From Promethearchaeati archaeon SRVP18_Atabeyarchaeia-1 (lineage in GTDB: Archaea; Asgardarchaeota; Atabeyarchaeia; Atabeyarchaeales; Atabeyarchaeaceae): a DNA stretch of 64,000 bases. Location: assembly GCA_037308085.1 (NCBI GenBank), contig CP147779.1:1664001-1728000 (forward strand), read 5' to 3'. Numbering within the stretch: the first letter of the stretch is position 1; each line of letters opens with the position of its first letter. The translations under genes and the position numbers were made by a program. The notes beneath the pieces were generated by a model that saw nothing but the letters and a program-made list of their open reading frames with translations, did no database searches and had not been told where the DNA came from. Positions 1 through 8,484 of the stretch are shown in pieces.

Positions 1-1180
1 TCTGTGACGCCAGGACTAGCTCGTGGACCGCCCCCCTGGTTTTTGGGCTTCCTTCAGTTGTGAGCAGTAGGCTGGCGCCAAGCTCCTCCGCTATGCCGGC
101 CATCACAGCGTTGACTCCGACGCTATCCGCGTCCAAGAGTTCGGTGACGTTGCCAACCCCGCACATTAATGGCACGTCTCCGTGGCGTTGCGAAAATGTG
201 TTATAGGAGATGATGGAGCTGACCACTCCAGGAGAAACCAATGGATCCATTATTGGATCCGCGATGATCTTCTTGAAGCCTATTTGGCGTGCATTCTGCA
301 CATTCTTTTCGAGGGCATGTGTTCTCTCCCTGATTTGATCGCTGGTGGATACTTGATCCATGCCTTCACTTCTATCTGGTATTACTATTGCAGCCACGTC
401 GGGTGCATTGTCAAGGTTCTTCACCTTTTCGATGTTGGACGAGTTGAGGCTCAGAACCATGTCCACTCCGCTGTCCATTCCCGCGTCAATATCTTCAGGT
501 TCAAGAGTGTCCAGACTGATTGGAACTTCCAGCTTGCTTTTGAGCAGGGAGACTATTCTTTTCACATCTATCGGTCTGGGTTCTTTTGCGCGCATTCCCA
601 CGTCGACTATTCCTGCCCCACTCTCCACATAGTATTTGGCTGTTCTGAGTATCTCATCATCTGTGAGAGTTGGGGCGTCAAGTATCTCGGCGACGACGCG
701 CATTGGAAAGTCTCGACCCACGGATAGGCGCTTGCCCCTCTCTCTGCCTATGACTAGGTTCCATGGCCTTTTCAGAACCGATTCTTCTGGGTGTTCTGCT
801 TCTTCGAGTGCAGCCATTGTCCGATGCTGCAGGTCTTGGGCGAGAATCGAATCAGCAGGTTTCGCCTTCGATAGCTCTGATTTGCCCAGCGCTTCAAACA
901 AGGCCGGAATGTCAGAAGCATATCTGGTTCCCTTGAAAGCTGGGACGCCGACAGTCCTCTCTATGATTGACGTGTCTCCGGGAACCATCCCTGGTACGAC
1001 TATCAGGTCGTAGTCTGACAAGTCCTCACCCTTCAATTCCCTAGAGATGAACTCTGGAGTCAATAATGCAGCCACAGACACAGGCAAGACCCTGACACAG
1101 AAGTCTACTTCGCTCTGCTGCAAGGCTGACTCGGTAACGACTCGCTCAGCCAGTCGTCCTGTTACCAAAAGCACTTTCAT
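1..1180 (-). CDS. Dihydropteroate synthase-like protein (methanopterin biosynthesis); runs off the window start
   Basis: Not in the ORF track. ATG at 1180 reads MKVLLVTGRLAERVV...VLPVSVAALLTP...DLIVVPG...KGTRYASD, the typical N-terminus of archaeal DHPS-like proteins. Same strand as mptD/E/A. Confidence 0.85.
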   Translation of the reverse strand, partial: MKVLLVTGRLAERVVTESALQQSEVDFCVRVLPVSVAALLTPEFISRELKGEDLSDYDLIVVPGMVPGDTSIIERTVGVPAFKGTRYASDIPALFEALGKSELSKAKPADSILAQDLQHRTMAALEEAEHPEESVLKRPWNLVIGRERGKRLSVGRDFPMRVVAEILDAPTLTDDEILRTAKYYVESGAGIVDVGMRAKEPRPIDVKRIVSLLKSKLEVPISLDTLEPEDIDAGMDSGVDMVLSLNSSNIEKVKNLDNAPDVAAIVIPDRSEGMDQVSTSDQIRERTHALEKNVQNARQIGFKKIIADPIMDPLVSPGVVSSIISYNTFSQRHGDVPLMCGVGNVTELLDADSVGVNAVMAGIAEELGASLLLTTEGSPKTRGAVHELVLASQ

Positions 1181-1367
1181 TTTTCTACCAATCTTCCTGG
1201 ATCTAAGTCAAAGTCATCTTTCAGACTGATTCAGACTTGGGCAACGTATCAGGTGTTGGCTAGCCTGGCTGCAAGATGGGCAGGCTCAGCTACTAGTCTT
1301 CAAGTCTACTATGTTAAGAAGCTCCCGTATAATCTCACTGGGGCTTTTGAGAACTTAGTCCTGCTGC

Positions 1368-1787
1368 CTATTCCTCTTGAGACACTTTCTCAATGAACAT
1401 CAGATCATAGTCAAGTTCAGGAATGTGCTTCATGGCTAGGACAGCTTTCGCTTTTCCGTAAACTGCGGTCACCCTGACTTCTAAGGCGGATCCAGATAAT
1501 GTGTCATAGTCGTATGGCCCCTTTTTCGTTCCCTTCATTTTGTCCGTTCTTATCTTTACGTCGACCCTCTCTTTGAAGGGCTGGAGCTCCATTGTTGACT
1601 TTATGGCTTTCTCGACCACCCCGGTGATTCTTGGATCCGCTGAAATAGGGATCCCTGGGAATTGGTGGTATACCGCTGCCAAGGTTATCGCTCCCTCGAA
1701 TATGGCGCGCTCCCGGTCTGAGACAGTATCATCAAAGAACTTCTTAGCTGGATCGACTTTCAATTCCTTACTCATTTTCCCCACCAT
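1368..1787 (-). CDS. mptD: Archaeal dihydroneopterin aldolase
   Basis: ERAIFEGAITLAAVYHQFPGIP motif and YDYDTL; located in a pterin cluster. Confidence 0.88.
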   Translation of the reverse strand: MVGKMSKELKVDPAKKFFDDTVSDRERAIFEGAITLAAVYHQFPGIPISADPRITGVVEKAIKSTMELQPFKERVDVKIRTDKMKGTKKGPYDYDTLSGSALEVRVTAVYGKAKAVLAMKHIPELDYDLMFIEKVSQEE

Positions 1788-1819
1788 GCTGTCAGCAATC
1801 TAGATTACTAGGCGCTCTA

Positions 1820-2656
1820 TCATTCTTGACTCCCTGTCGCCTTAACTATTCGCGGAAGATCCCTAAAGTCTATTCTTGCGAAGCCCCTTATCGCTTCTCC
1901 TCTGGGTCCTGTTGCGTTAAACAATCCGCTTCTAGCCCTTGACCAAGTCGCAAGCCATTCAAGGAGCTCTCTGGCGAATCGAAGTTTCAGTCTCTTCATA
2001 GACAGCCATTTCCTGTCATACCTTCTGGAATCAGAATCCTTGTCTCTGTTTTTTGAGTATTTTCCTATGACTTTTCCGAGATCCATTCCAGCCAGAACGA
2101 TTGTCCTTGCCTCCATTTCCTCTGCCAAGAAGACACCCCTATCTCCATCGGTGAAACCTCCAAAGTTGTGGATTGCGGGAGGGCTGGGCTCCGCTTGCGT
2201 TGTCCCAAATACCTCTCCTTTACGACCATCAATGATTCTTGGAACCCATTTTCTTAGCGCCTCAATGTTGTCTCCGTGCGCATGAATTACCACGGTCGCG
2301 CCCACCTTGCTGGCTTCTATTATATCCTCTACGCAACCGTCCAGGTCAGTGACCACTATGTGTGGTATGATTGATTCTTCCAGAAGTGCACTGGTTGTGC
2401 CATCTGCAGCCACAAGCTTGAAAGATCTCTCTAGGCCACTTGAGACCAGCTCAGCCAAGTTATTCTCAAGTGATGGACCTGCTCCAAGGATCAATATGTC
2501 TCTGCCTTTGACTATTCTTCTAAGTGCTGCAAGCGGCGCTGCAGCTCTCGATAATAAATCGCTTAGAACAAGTGAGGCTTCGCGATCCTTATCGACGCTG
2601 TACCCGAACGACGAAGTTATCTTCTCGTACCAAGGCATCCAACGGGCAAATTCCAT
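1820..2656 (-). CDS. mptE: 6-hydroxymethyl-7,8-dihydropterin pyrophosphokinase (DUF115 family)
   Basis: GAGPSL, AADG, VVTDLDG, HAHGDN, NFGGFTDGDR motifs. Confidence 0.92.
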   Translation of the reverse strand: MEFARWMPWYEKITSSFGYSVDKDREASLVLSDLLSRAAAPLAALRRIVKGRDILILGAGPSLENNLAELVSSGLERSFKLVAADGTTSALLEESIIPHIVVTDLDGCVEDIIEASKVGATVVIHAHGDNIEALRKWVPRIIDGRKGEVFGTTQAEPSPPAIHNFGGFTDGDRGVFLAEEMEARTIVLAGMDLGKVIGKYSKNRDKDSDSRRYDRKWLSMKRLKLRFARELLEWLATWSRARSGLFNATGPRGEAIRGFARIDFRDLPRIVKATGSQE

Positions 2657-2694
2657 TCTTCCTCAAATCACCCGTTCTAACGATCTTCTAGCCC

Positions 2695-3654
2695 TTACGG
2701 TGATATCTGGGAGCTTCCTGCCTTTACTTCGCTTCTCAGCACCCCGAGGGTCGCGCGTCTTTCCGCCACCATGTCGTGTTTGTGTATGCTCTCGGCGCTT
2801 CTCATCTTCATGGTGACATGAGTTGCGTCTGGTAAGTCTGCAAATGTTTCAAGAATCCCCTTTGCCATGTACCTTATTGAATCCTCGACGAACCTTGGAT
2901 TCTCCAGCGCTTTGATCACCATTTGAAGTTCATCTGGGCGTTTTAGGAGCTCGTATGTTGGTGCACTGGCAGACTCCTCGATCACTTTTATTATGTCAGT
3001 GAGGTCGACAATGTAGCCTTGCGGTGCATCCATCATTATGAGCCCTGCACATCGCTGCATGTGAGTTCCCGTCGGGGGATCACAAAGTAGCTTCTCTGTT
3101 TGTTCTCTGCCAAGCAGTGTTGACCCGTTTTCGCGGATCTTGTTGGCGAACAGGCTATCCATTGATTCTTTTACGCACGGGCAGGCCGTAATGCCGATCA
3201 CTTTGGCGCCAATAACCCTCTTCGTAACGACAGCGGAGTTGGTGATTCTTGAAGTTGCTTTCGCATAAACAGTGTATGGTTCGAAGGTCTCCATTTCGGT
3301 CACAGGGGTCTTTCGTTCAACAATAGCCTCAGCTCTAGCCCTGACCTCCGTCCTAGTTGCATCATCATGCTTCTTTAGGAGCCTTGTTGAGATATTTGCA
3401 CAAAGATCCTCAATTCGATCTTTATTCTTTACAAACTCGCTGAAGACTTCTGCAATGACTTCATAGCTCCTCGAGGCATGAATCCCTCTCCTCATAGTTG
3501 GGAGATCAACATACACCTCAAACTGCGGGAGTAAAATCACTCTCTTACCCTTGAAGAGCGTGAAACTCACAGGCATTCTAATACCAACGACTCCGACCTT
3601 CTCGAGGGGTATTGTAACCTGAGGCTTTTCACGATGAACATCGCGTGAACTCAA
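2695..3654 (-). CDS. mptA: GTP cyclohydrolase MptA/FolE2 family
   Basis: RGIHASR, GITACPC, THMQR, LLKRPDE, NPRFVED, ESIHKHD motifs. Confidence 0.92.
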   Translation of the reverse strand: MSSRDVHREKPQVTIPLEKVGVVGIRMPVSFTLFKGKRVILLPQFEVYVDLPTMRRGIHASRSYEVIAEVFSEFVKNKDRIEDLCANISTRLLKKHDDATRTEVRARAEAIVERKTPVTEMETFEPYTVYAKATSRITNSAVVTKRVIGAKVIGITACPCVKESMDSLFANKIRENGSTLLGREQTEKLLCDPPTGTHMQRCAGLIMMDAPQGYIVDLTDIIKVIEESASAPTYELLKRPDELQMVIKALENPRFVEDSIRYMAKGILETFADLPDATHVTMKMRSAESIHKHDMVAERRATLGVLRSEVKAGSSQISP

Positions 3655-4097
3655 ATCCTAAACACACCTACAGATGACAGAGATGTAGAAGCAAACAGAC
3701 TCGATTCCCTAATGAGCCAGATATGAATATAAATGCTTCAGCTACGCATCTGGGACACAGTCGCCTCTCATTTCAGTCCTGTTAACTCTTCAGTTCCATG
3801 TGGAGGCTTCATATCACTGTCAAGAGTCAATGAAATGGGGAGAACCTTCAGAAAACCCACTGTCGAGCATGATTCCTGGTACGCGGCTGGAGGCTTGACC
3901 CACGCCAACTTCGTTCTATCGTCCAACATAGCAACAATAAATAGAGAAGAGAAGCACTCTAGTACTGACTTCGCCTATGAGGCTAGCTCAGGCAATTTGC
4001 CAGTTCAGTCCCTGAATTGGGGCAACACAAAGATCGATTGCTGGCTACGCCGGCCACGAGGTTCGGTCGATTCATTAGCCAGTCGGGCATCTGAGAG

Positions 4098-4838
4098 ATG
4101 GTTCCTATGAGTCGCAGACACCCATCAAATAAGGCGATTCTAGAAAGATTGGGCGCAACCAACGACTTCGTCTTTGAGGTTATCGTATCCACTTGCGCCA
4201 TCGATGGAACGCCAAACGCCGCTCCGATGGGAATACGGTTCGTGGGCGCCGGAGTCGGAGGAGAGGAGACCAAAATCCTGGTAAAGCCTTTCAAGTCAAC
4301 CACTACTTACCGAAATCTCTCAGCCCAGAGAGAAGCCGTGGTCAATGTCAGTTCTAACCCTGCAGCGTTTTTTGCGACTGCATTCAAGGGCCAGGTAGAG
4401 CGGGAAAGTGAGGTGAAGATAGATTTTTCAGCAGCCAGTTCTGTGAAACCTCCAAGGGTGAAGGGTTGTGACGCGTATATCGAACTCATGGTGGAGGACG
4501 TAAAGGAGGGCAGTCTCCTCGAGGATGAAAGGTGCGAAGTCCTATGCCGAGTTAAATCAGCGCAGCTTCAGAATCCGGATGCAAGACTCTACTGCAGGGC
4601 TCCCTACATTCTGATCGAGGCCATTATACATGCAACGAGAGTCAATGCGCTCCGTTCCCAGGGATTAATGAAAGAAGCTGGCGAACTTACTGAATTAGTA
4701 CATCGCTACAGAAACCTTGTCCACAGAGTCGCTCCCAACTCAGAGTATGAGAATATAGCAGCAGAACTGGAGGCAATCATTCACACGAAAAAAGAGGAAA
4801 CGGGAGTTCGTATCAGAGGAAGCGAGGGAGATGAATGA
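4098..4838 (+). CDS. DUF447 family protein (H4MPT-cluster associated)
   Basis: EVIVST...PNAAPMGI, KPFKSTTTYRNL, IEAIIHATR; overlaps the start of the RFAP synthase gene. Confidence 0.82.
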   Translation: MVPMSRRHPSNKAILERLGATNDFVFEVIVSTCAIDGTPNAAPMGIRFVGAGVGGEETKILVKPFKSTTTYRNLSAQREAVVNVSSNPAAFFATAFKGQVERESEVKIDFSAASSVKPPRVKGCDAYIELMVEDVKEGSLLEDERCEVLCRVKSAQLQNPDARLYCRAPYILIEAIIHATRVNALRSQGLMKEAGELTELVHRYRNLVHRVAPNSEYENIAAELEAIIHTKKEETGVRIRGSEGDE

Positions 4839-5812
4839 AGAAGATCAGGGTCAGCGCTCCTGCGAGAATACACATGGGGATATTTAACCCATCCCGTGGC
4901 GTCAGGGGGCGTCTATACGGATCCGTGGGCGTTGGCACTGAGGAGCCGAGAACAGTCGTCGAAGTCGAACAAGCAAAAGACATATACGCGTCAACCCCGT
5001 TCGCCGACGAGATCAAGTTTGTCGCAATGAAAATAGTGAGACACTATAATCTTGAGGGCGCTAGGGTTAACGTACTCTCTGCTCCAAAGCGGCATTCCGG
5101 ACTCGGCTCCACAACCCAGCTATCACTATCTATAGCAACTGGGATAACTAGAGCCTATGGACTCGACGTGAAGCCTGTTGATCTAGCCATGATCCTCGGG
5201 CGAGGGAAACAATCAGCAGCGGGGACCTACGTGTTTCAGATGGGGGGGTTTGTGGTTGATGGTGGTTGGGGAGCCAAGACAAGTTTCCCTCCCCTGCTGA
5301 TTCGCTATACCTTTCCTGAAGATTGGAGGCTCTTGATAGTTGTCCCTGAAAGTAGGGGCCTCGACGAGAAGGATGAGTTGGAAGCTTTTGAGAAGCTGCC
5401 GGCCCCTGATGAGCAACTCATCCGTGAAGCTAGTTACAGGCTACTTCTTGGGATGGCGCCTGCGATTATGGAGAAAGACATCCAGGCGTTCGGAGAGAGT
5501 CTCACCAAGCTACAAGAAACAGTTGGCGCAATGTTTTCTCAGGCTCAGGGTGGAGTGTTCCAGCCTCACTCGACCCCCATGATTGAGAAACTCAAAGCCA
5601 TGGGCGCAGCAGGCGTCGGTCAAAGCTCATGGGGTCCAGCTGTCTACGCAATATTCGATGCTGAAACGGGGAAAAGCGTAGAGGCCTTATTGAGGAGAGA
5701 GGTCCTGTCCGGTGGCTCAACAAAGCAACTTGGGAGTAGCTTATATGGCGCTTCAAAGTGGGGTGAGGTTTACTTCACGCGAGCTGACAATAGAGGCGCC
5801 GTGGTGACCTGA
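4835..5812 (+). CDS. mptG: Beta-ribofuranosylaminobenzene 5'-phosphate (RFAP) synthase, GHMP family
   Basis: PARIHMG, HSGLGSTTQL, GGFVVDGG, GQSSWGP motifs. Confidence 0.9.
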   Translation: MKKIRVSAPARIHMGIFNPSRGVRGRLYGSVGVGTEEPRTVVEVEQAKDIYASTPFADEIKFVAMKIVRHYNLEGARVNVLSAPKRHSGLGSTTQLSLSIATGITRAYGLDVKPVDLAMILGRGKQSAAGTYVFQMGGFVVDGGWGAKTSFPPLLIRYTFPEDWRLLIVVPESRGLDEKDELEAFEKLPAPDEQLIREASYRLLLGMAPAIMEKDIQAFGESLTKLQETVGAMFSQAQGGVFQPHSTPMIEKLKAMGAAGVGQSSWGPAVYAIFDAETGKSVEALLRREVLSGGSTKQLGSSLYGASKWGEVYFTRADNRGAVVT

Positions 5813-5873
5813 GTCTAGGGATCGGGGCAGATTGAGTTTCTCTGAAGGCTGAGACGATTTTTCCACAAACATG

Positions 5874-7028
5874 TCACTTGGCCTTGAGTTTCCTCACTAC
5901 CTCCTCGACCTTGAACCCTGGAAGCGTAATGTAGTCAAGGACTGTTCCCCTGCTCTCTTTTATTTTCATTCTCTTCACTAGGGGTTCGTATTCTCCCCCC
6001 TGAACACCGTTGGCGATTATTGCGGCGCCTTGTGCCACATCCTTGGCCTTGCTAGAGTATCTTCTTGGTGCGGAGACCTTGAGATCAAGTTTCCGGCTTA
6101 GCTCTGATTCGACCCAGTCGAAGATGCTCTTTATTCTTGAGAGTCTGCCAGTTAGAATGACTTCCCTAGGTCTTTCTTCTAGTACTGTCGATCCCATCGC
6201 TACGGCCTTCACTATTCCCTCGAGCATAGCTGACCAAGCGGTGACGAACGTCTGTCCCCCTGATTCGATACCCTCAACGAACTCGGCTGGCTCGAGGAGC
6301 CTCGCACCGCCCTGGGAAGCCATTTGACTTGCACCCCCCTCAAAAAGCCTGAGCTTCGTGAATTCGCCAAGGAGGTACGCCAGTTCGCCATCCATCATGC
6401 TATGAGTCAGGTAGCCAGGACCTGGAAAGATGGTTCCACCTATCCCATCTACTATTTGACCCTTCTCCACGATTATCGCTGCATTATAACCGAATCCCAT
6501 CTCGACACAGATTAAGCTGGTGTCAGCGTAGTCGATCCCCAGTCTTCTGGCTTGATCCCATACTGCATAAGCTGCAACACAAGTCTTGTCAGCCGTCCCC
6601 ATGTCTATTTTGTTGATCTTCCTGTGATATGGAACGGTAGGCAACTGAACTACTCCTGGGAGAGAGTACGCATTCATCTTGGCTTCCTTCATCATCCACA
6701 GAAGTTTCCTAAGTCCAGTGAGCACTGCTATTTCAACGTCGCCGACTTTGTCCAGAGTTGTCAGGGCGACGTCACTGGCAGTGAACTTTGATATATGCTT
6801 GAACTCCAATCCATATCCAGAGGGACCCACAATGACCTTCGGCTTGGCGTCTTCGATGACCTTGAAAACGGCTTTTGGATCATCTGCCACGAGTTGACTA
6901 GGGAGGGACTCATCGAGAACTATATGCTCCATGTCGCCATCAATGCAGAGAAGGTCAAAGTTCTTCGTACCAGGATCGATACCTAAGGCTCGCAATTCAA
7001 ATGGACACCTCTTATCGCAACAGGACAA
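5874..7028 (-). CDS. DUF1464 family ASKHA-fold (butyrate-kinase-like) protein
   Basis: GIDPGTKNFD, GPSGYG, NKIDMGTADK, DGIGGT, DGELAY motifs; exact start uncertain. Confidence 0.82.
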   Translation of the reverse strand: MSCCDKRCPFELRALGIDPGTKNFDLLCIDGDMEHIVLDESLPSQLVADDPKAVFKVIEDAKPKVIVGPSGYGLEFKHISKFTASDVALTTLDKVGDVEIAVLTGLRKLLWMMKEAKMNAYSLPGVVQLPTVPYHRKINKIDMGTADKTCVAAYAVWDQARRLGIDYADTSLICVEMGFGYNAAIIVEKGQIVDGIGGTIFPGPGYLTHSMMDGELAYLLGEFTKLRLFEGGASQMASQGGARLLEPAEFVEGIESGGQTFVTAWSAMLEGIVKAVAMGSTVLEERPREVILTGRLSRIKSIFDWVESELSRKLDLKVSAPRRYSSKAKDVAQGAAIIANGVQGGEYEPLVKRMKIKESRGTVLDYITLPGFKVEEVVRKLKAK

Positions 7029-7077
7029 ATCCAGATCGAGTCTGAACCTATATTAAGGAAGTGGAGCGTGATCGGCT

Positions 7078-8433
7078 CTAGGTCTGGATTCTGTGGATTT
7101 CTACGTTGCCTACCTCATAGCCTTGCGGAGTCACCCTGATCTTACCAACTTCTATTCTGTCAATCATACTGATTTCCGTTGTCATCACTATCGAGGCTCG
7201 CCTAGAATGGAAATCCAGTCTCCTCAGAATCCCAAGGGAAACAGGCACCTTGCTCTTTCCGAATACCGCCACGACTATATTGCCCAATTCTCTGAGCGAG
7301 ATGACTCTCAGTTCCTTCTGACTAGGTCTCGGGGATCCCGATTCAGCTTCGGCAGCTTCTTGTTGCTGGCTTTCTTCCCCTATGACTTCGGTCTTTGCAT
7401 CAGCGAAGTCCGTGACCACTGCATTTATGGAGCGTTCCGCCTCTTCACAATACAGCACTCTACTTTTCACCGCATCCCCGACTTTCCTCACCACTTGAGA
7501 AGTCGCAGGCTTGCCTCGCGAAGCGAAGAGGGGTGAGAAATCGATCGCGCTGTAATGAGCAGTGACTTCGGTTGCGTGTGAGAAGTACTTCCGATAAGAT
7601 GTCTCTCTGAGGAACTTTCTTTCGTCTCTATTTCTTGGCACAGCGTAAGGTGAAACTGGTAGCCGGGTAATCTGGACTTTGCTGGTGACTTCGCCCAGTA
7701 TGTGCTCCACTTCTCCTTCCCTTTGCAGGGCAACAAGGTGGCTGACGCCTATTCTCGATATCATTTCGCGCACGAAACTGACTGCAGCCGATCCAGCTAT
7801 CCAGCCCGGCATGTTTACAAACAAGACTGCTTCCTTCGCATTCTCCTCAACGAACTCCATGAGCTGCTCAGTTCCCTGCAGTACCCTATTTACCAAGTAT
7901 GCTGGGGATGTAGCGCCTACAAAGTAGATCGAGTCAGGGCTGTACTCAAGAAGTTCAGAGATAGGCTCGTTTAGCGTTGCAACCGACATAGTTGTTGGAG
8001 GACCAACCTCTGCCTGCCCCATGTCTGCGTCCAAAACTGCGACCTTGGACTCCTCCTTAATCAACATGTTGCTTGAGTAGGTGATAAAAGTATTCTTGCC
8101 GGTATCCAGTCCACCAAGAATCATGATTCTATGCTTTTCCTGTCGTTTTTCAATGATCTCTCTTACGAAAGCAGTCCACTCTCGTGGTATTGTTGATTCT
8201 TCTATTTCATTCACTTTGCCGTTCTGGCCAACGACAATGTCAAGCTCCGAGTCTTCGAGTACCTCGATAATTCTCGTTCTCCCAGCCCTGACAACAAGGG
8301 CTTCTCCGGAAGCGAGTGGCTTTCCCAAGCTTGAAGCGCTGCCGGTGAAAACCCTTACGGTTGCCGGACCATGTACCAGAAGCTCACGACCCGATTCTGG
8401 TTTTAACCTCATTGGCTTATGTCTCCTTGCCAA
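7078..8433 (-). CDS. Clp1/Grc3/Nol9 family polynucleotide 5'-OH kinase
   Basis: P-loop GGLDTGKNT, DADMGQAEVGPP, NMPGWI and RxxxERKFLRE motifs. Confidence 0.85.
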   Translation of the reverse strand: MARRHKPMRLKPESGRELLVHGPATVRVFTGSASSLGKPLASGEALVVRAGRTRIIEVLEDSELDIVVGQNGKVNEIEESTIPREWTAFVREIIEKRQEKHRIMILGGLDTGKNTFITYSSNMLIKEESKVAVLDADMGQAEVGPPTTMSVATLNEPISELLEYSPDSIYFVGATSPAYLVNRVLQGTEQLMEFVEENAKEAVLFVNMPGWIAGSAAVSFVREMISRIGVSHLVALQREGEVEHILGEVTSKVQITRLPVSPYAVPRNRDERKFLRETSYRKYFSHATEVTAHYSAIDFSPLFASRGKPATSQVVRKVGDAVKSRVLYCEEAERSINAVVTDFADAKTEVIGEESQQQEAAEAESGSPRPSQKELRVISLRELGNIVVAVFGKSKVPVSLGILRRLDFHSRRASIVMTTEISMIDRIEVGKIRVTPQGYEVGNVEIHRIQT

Positions 8434-8484
8434 ATTCCGTTAGAAGATGAAGTTCTCGGAAAAGGGTCTCCAGCCTGTTCAGCC

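Noticed and set aside
182-1229. Plus-strand ORFs of 60-181 aa
   Set aside because: Antisense shadows of the minus-strand DHPS-like gene that the ORF track missed because it runs off the window.
3733-4303. 125-aa and 106-aa ORFs between mptA and DUF447
   Set aside because: No motifs; they overlap the divergent promoter region or the DUF447 gene.
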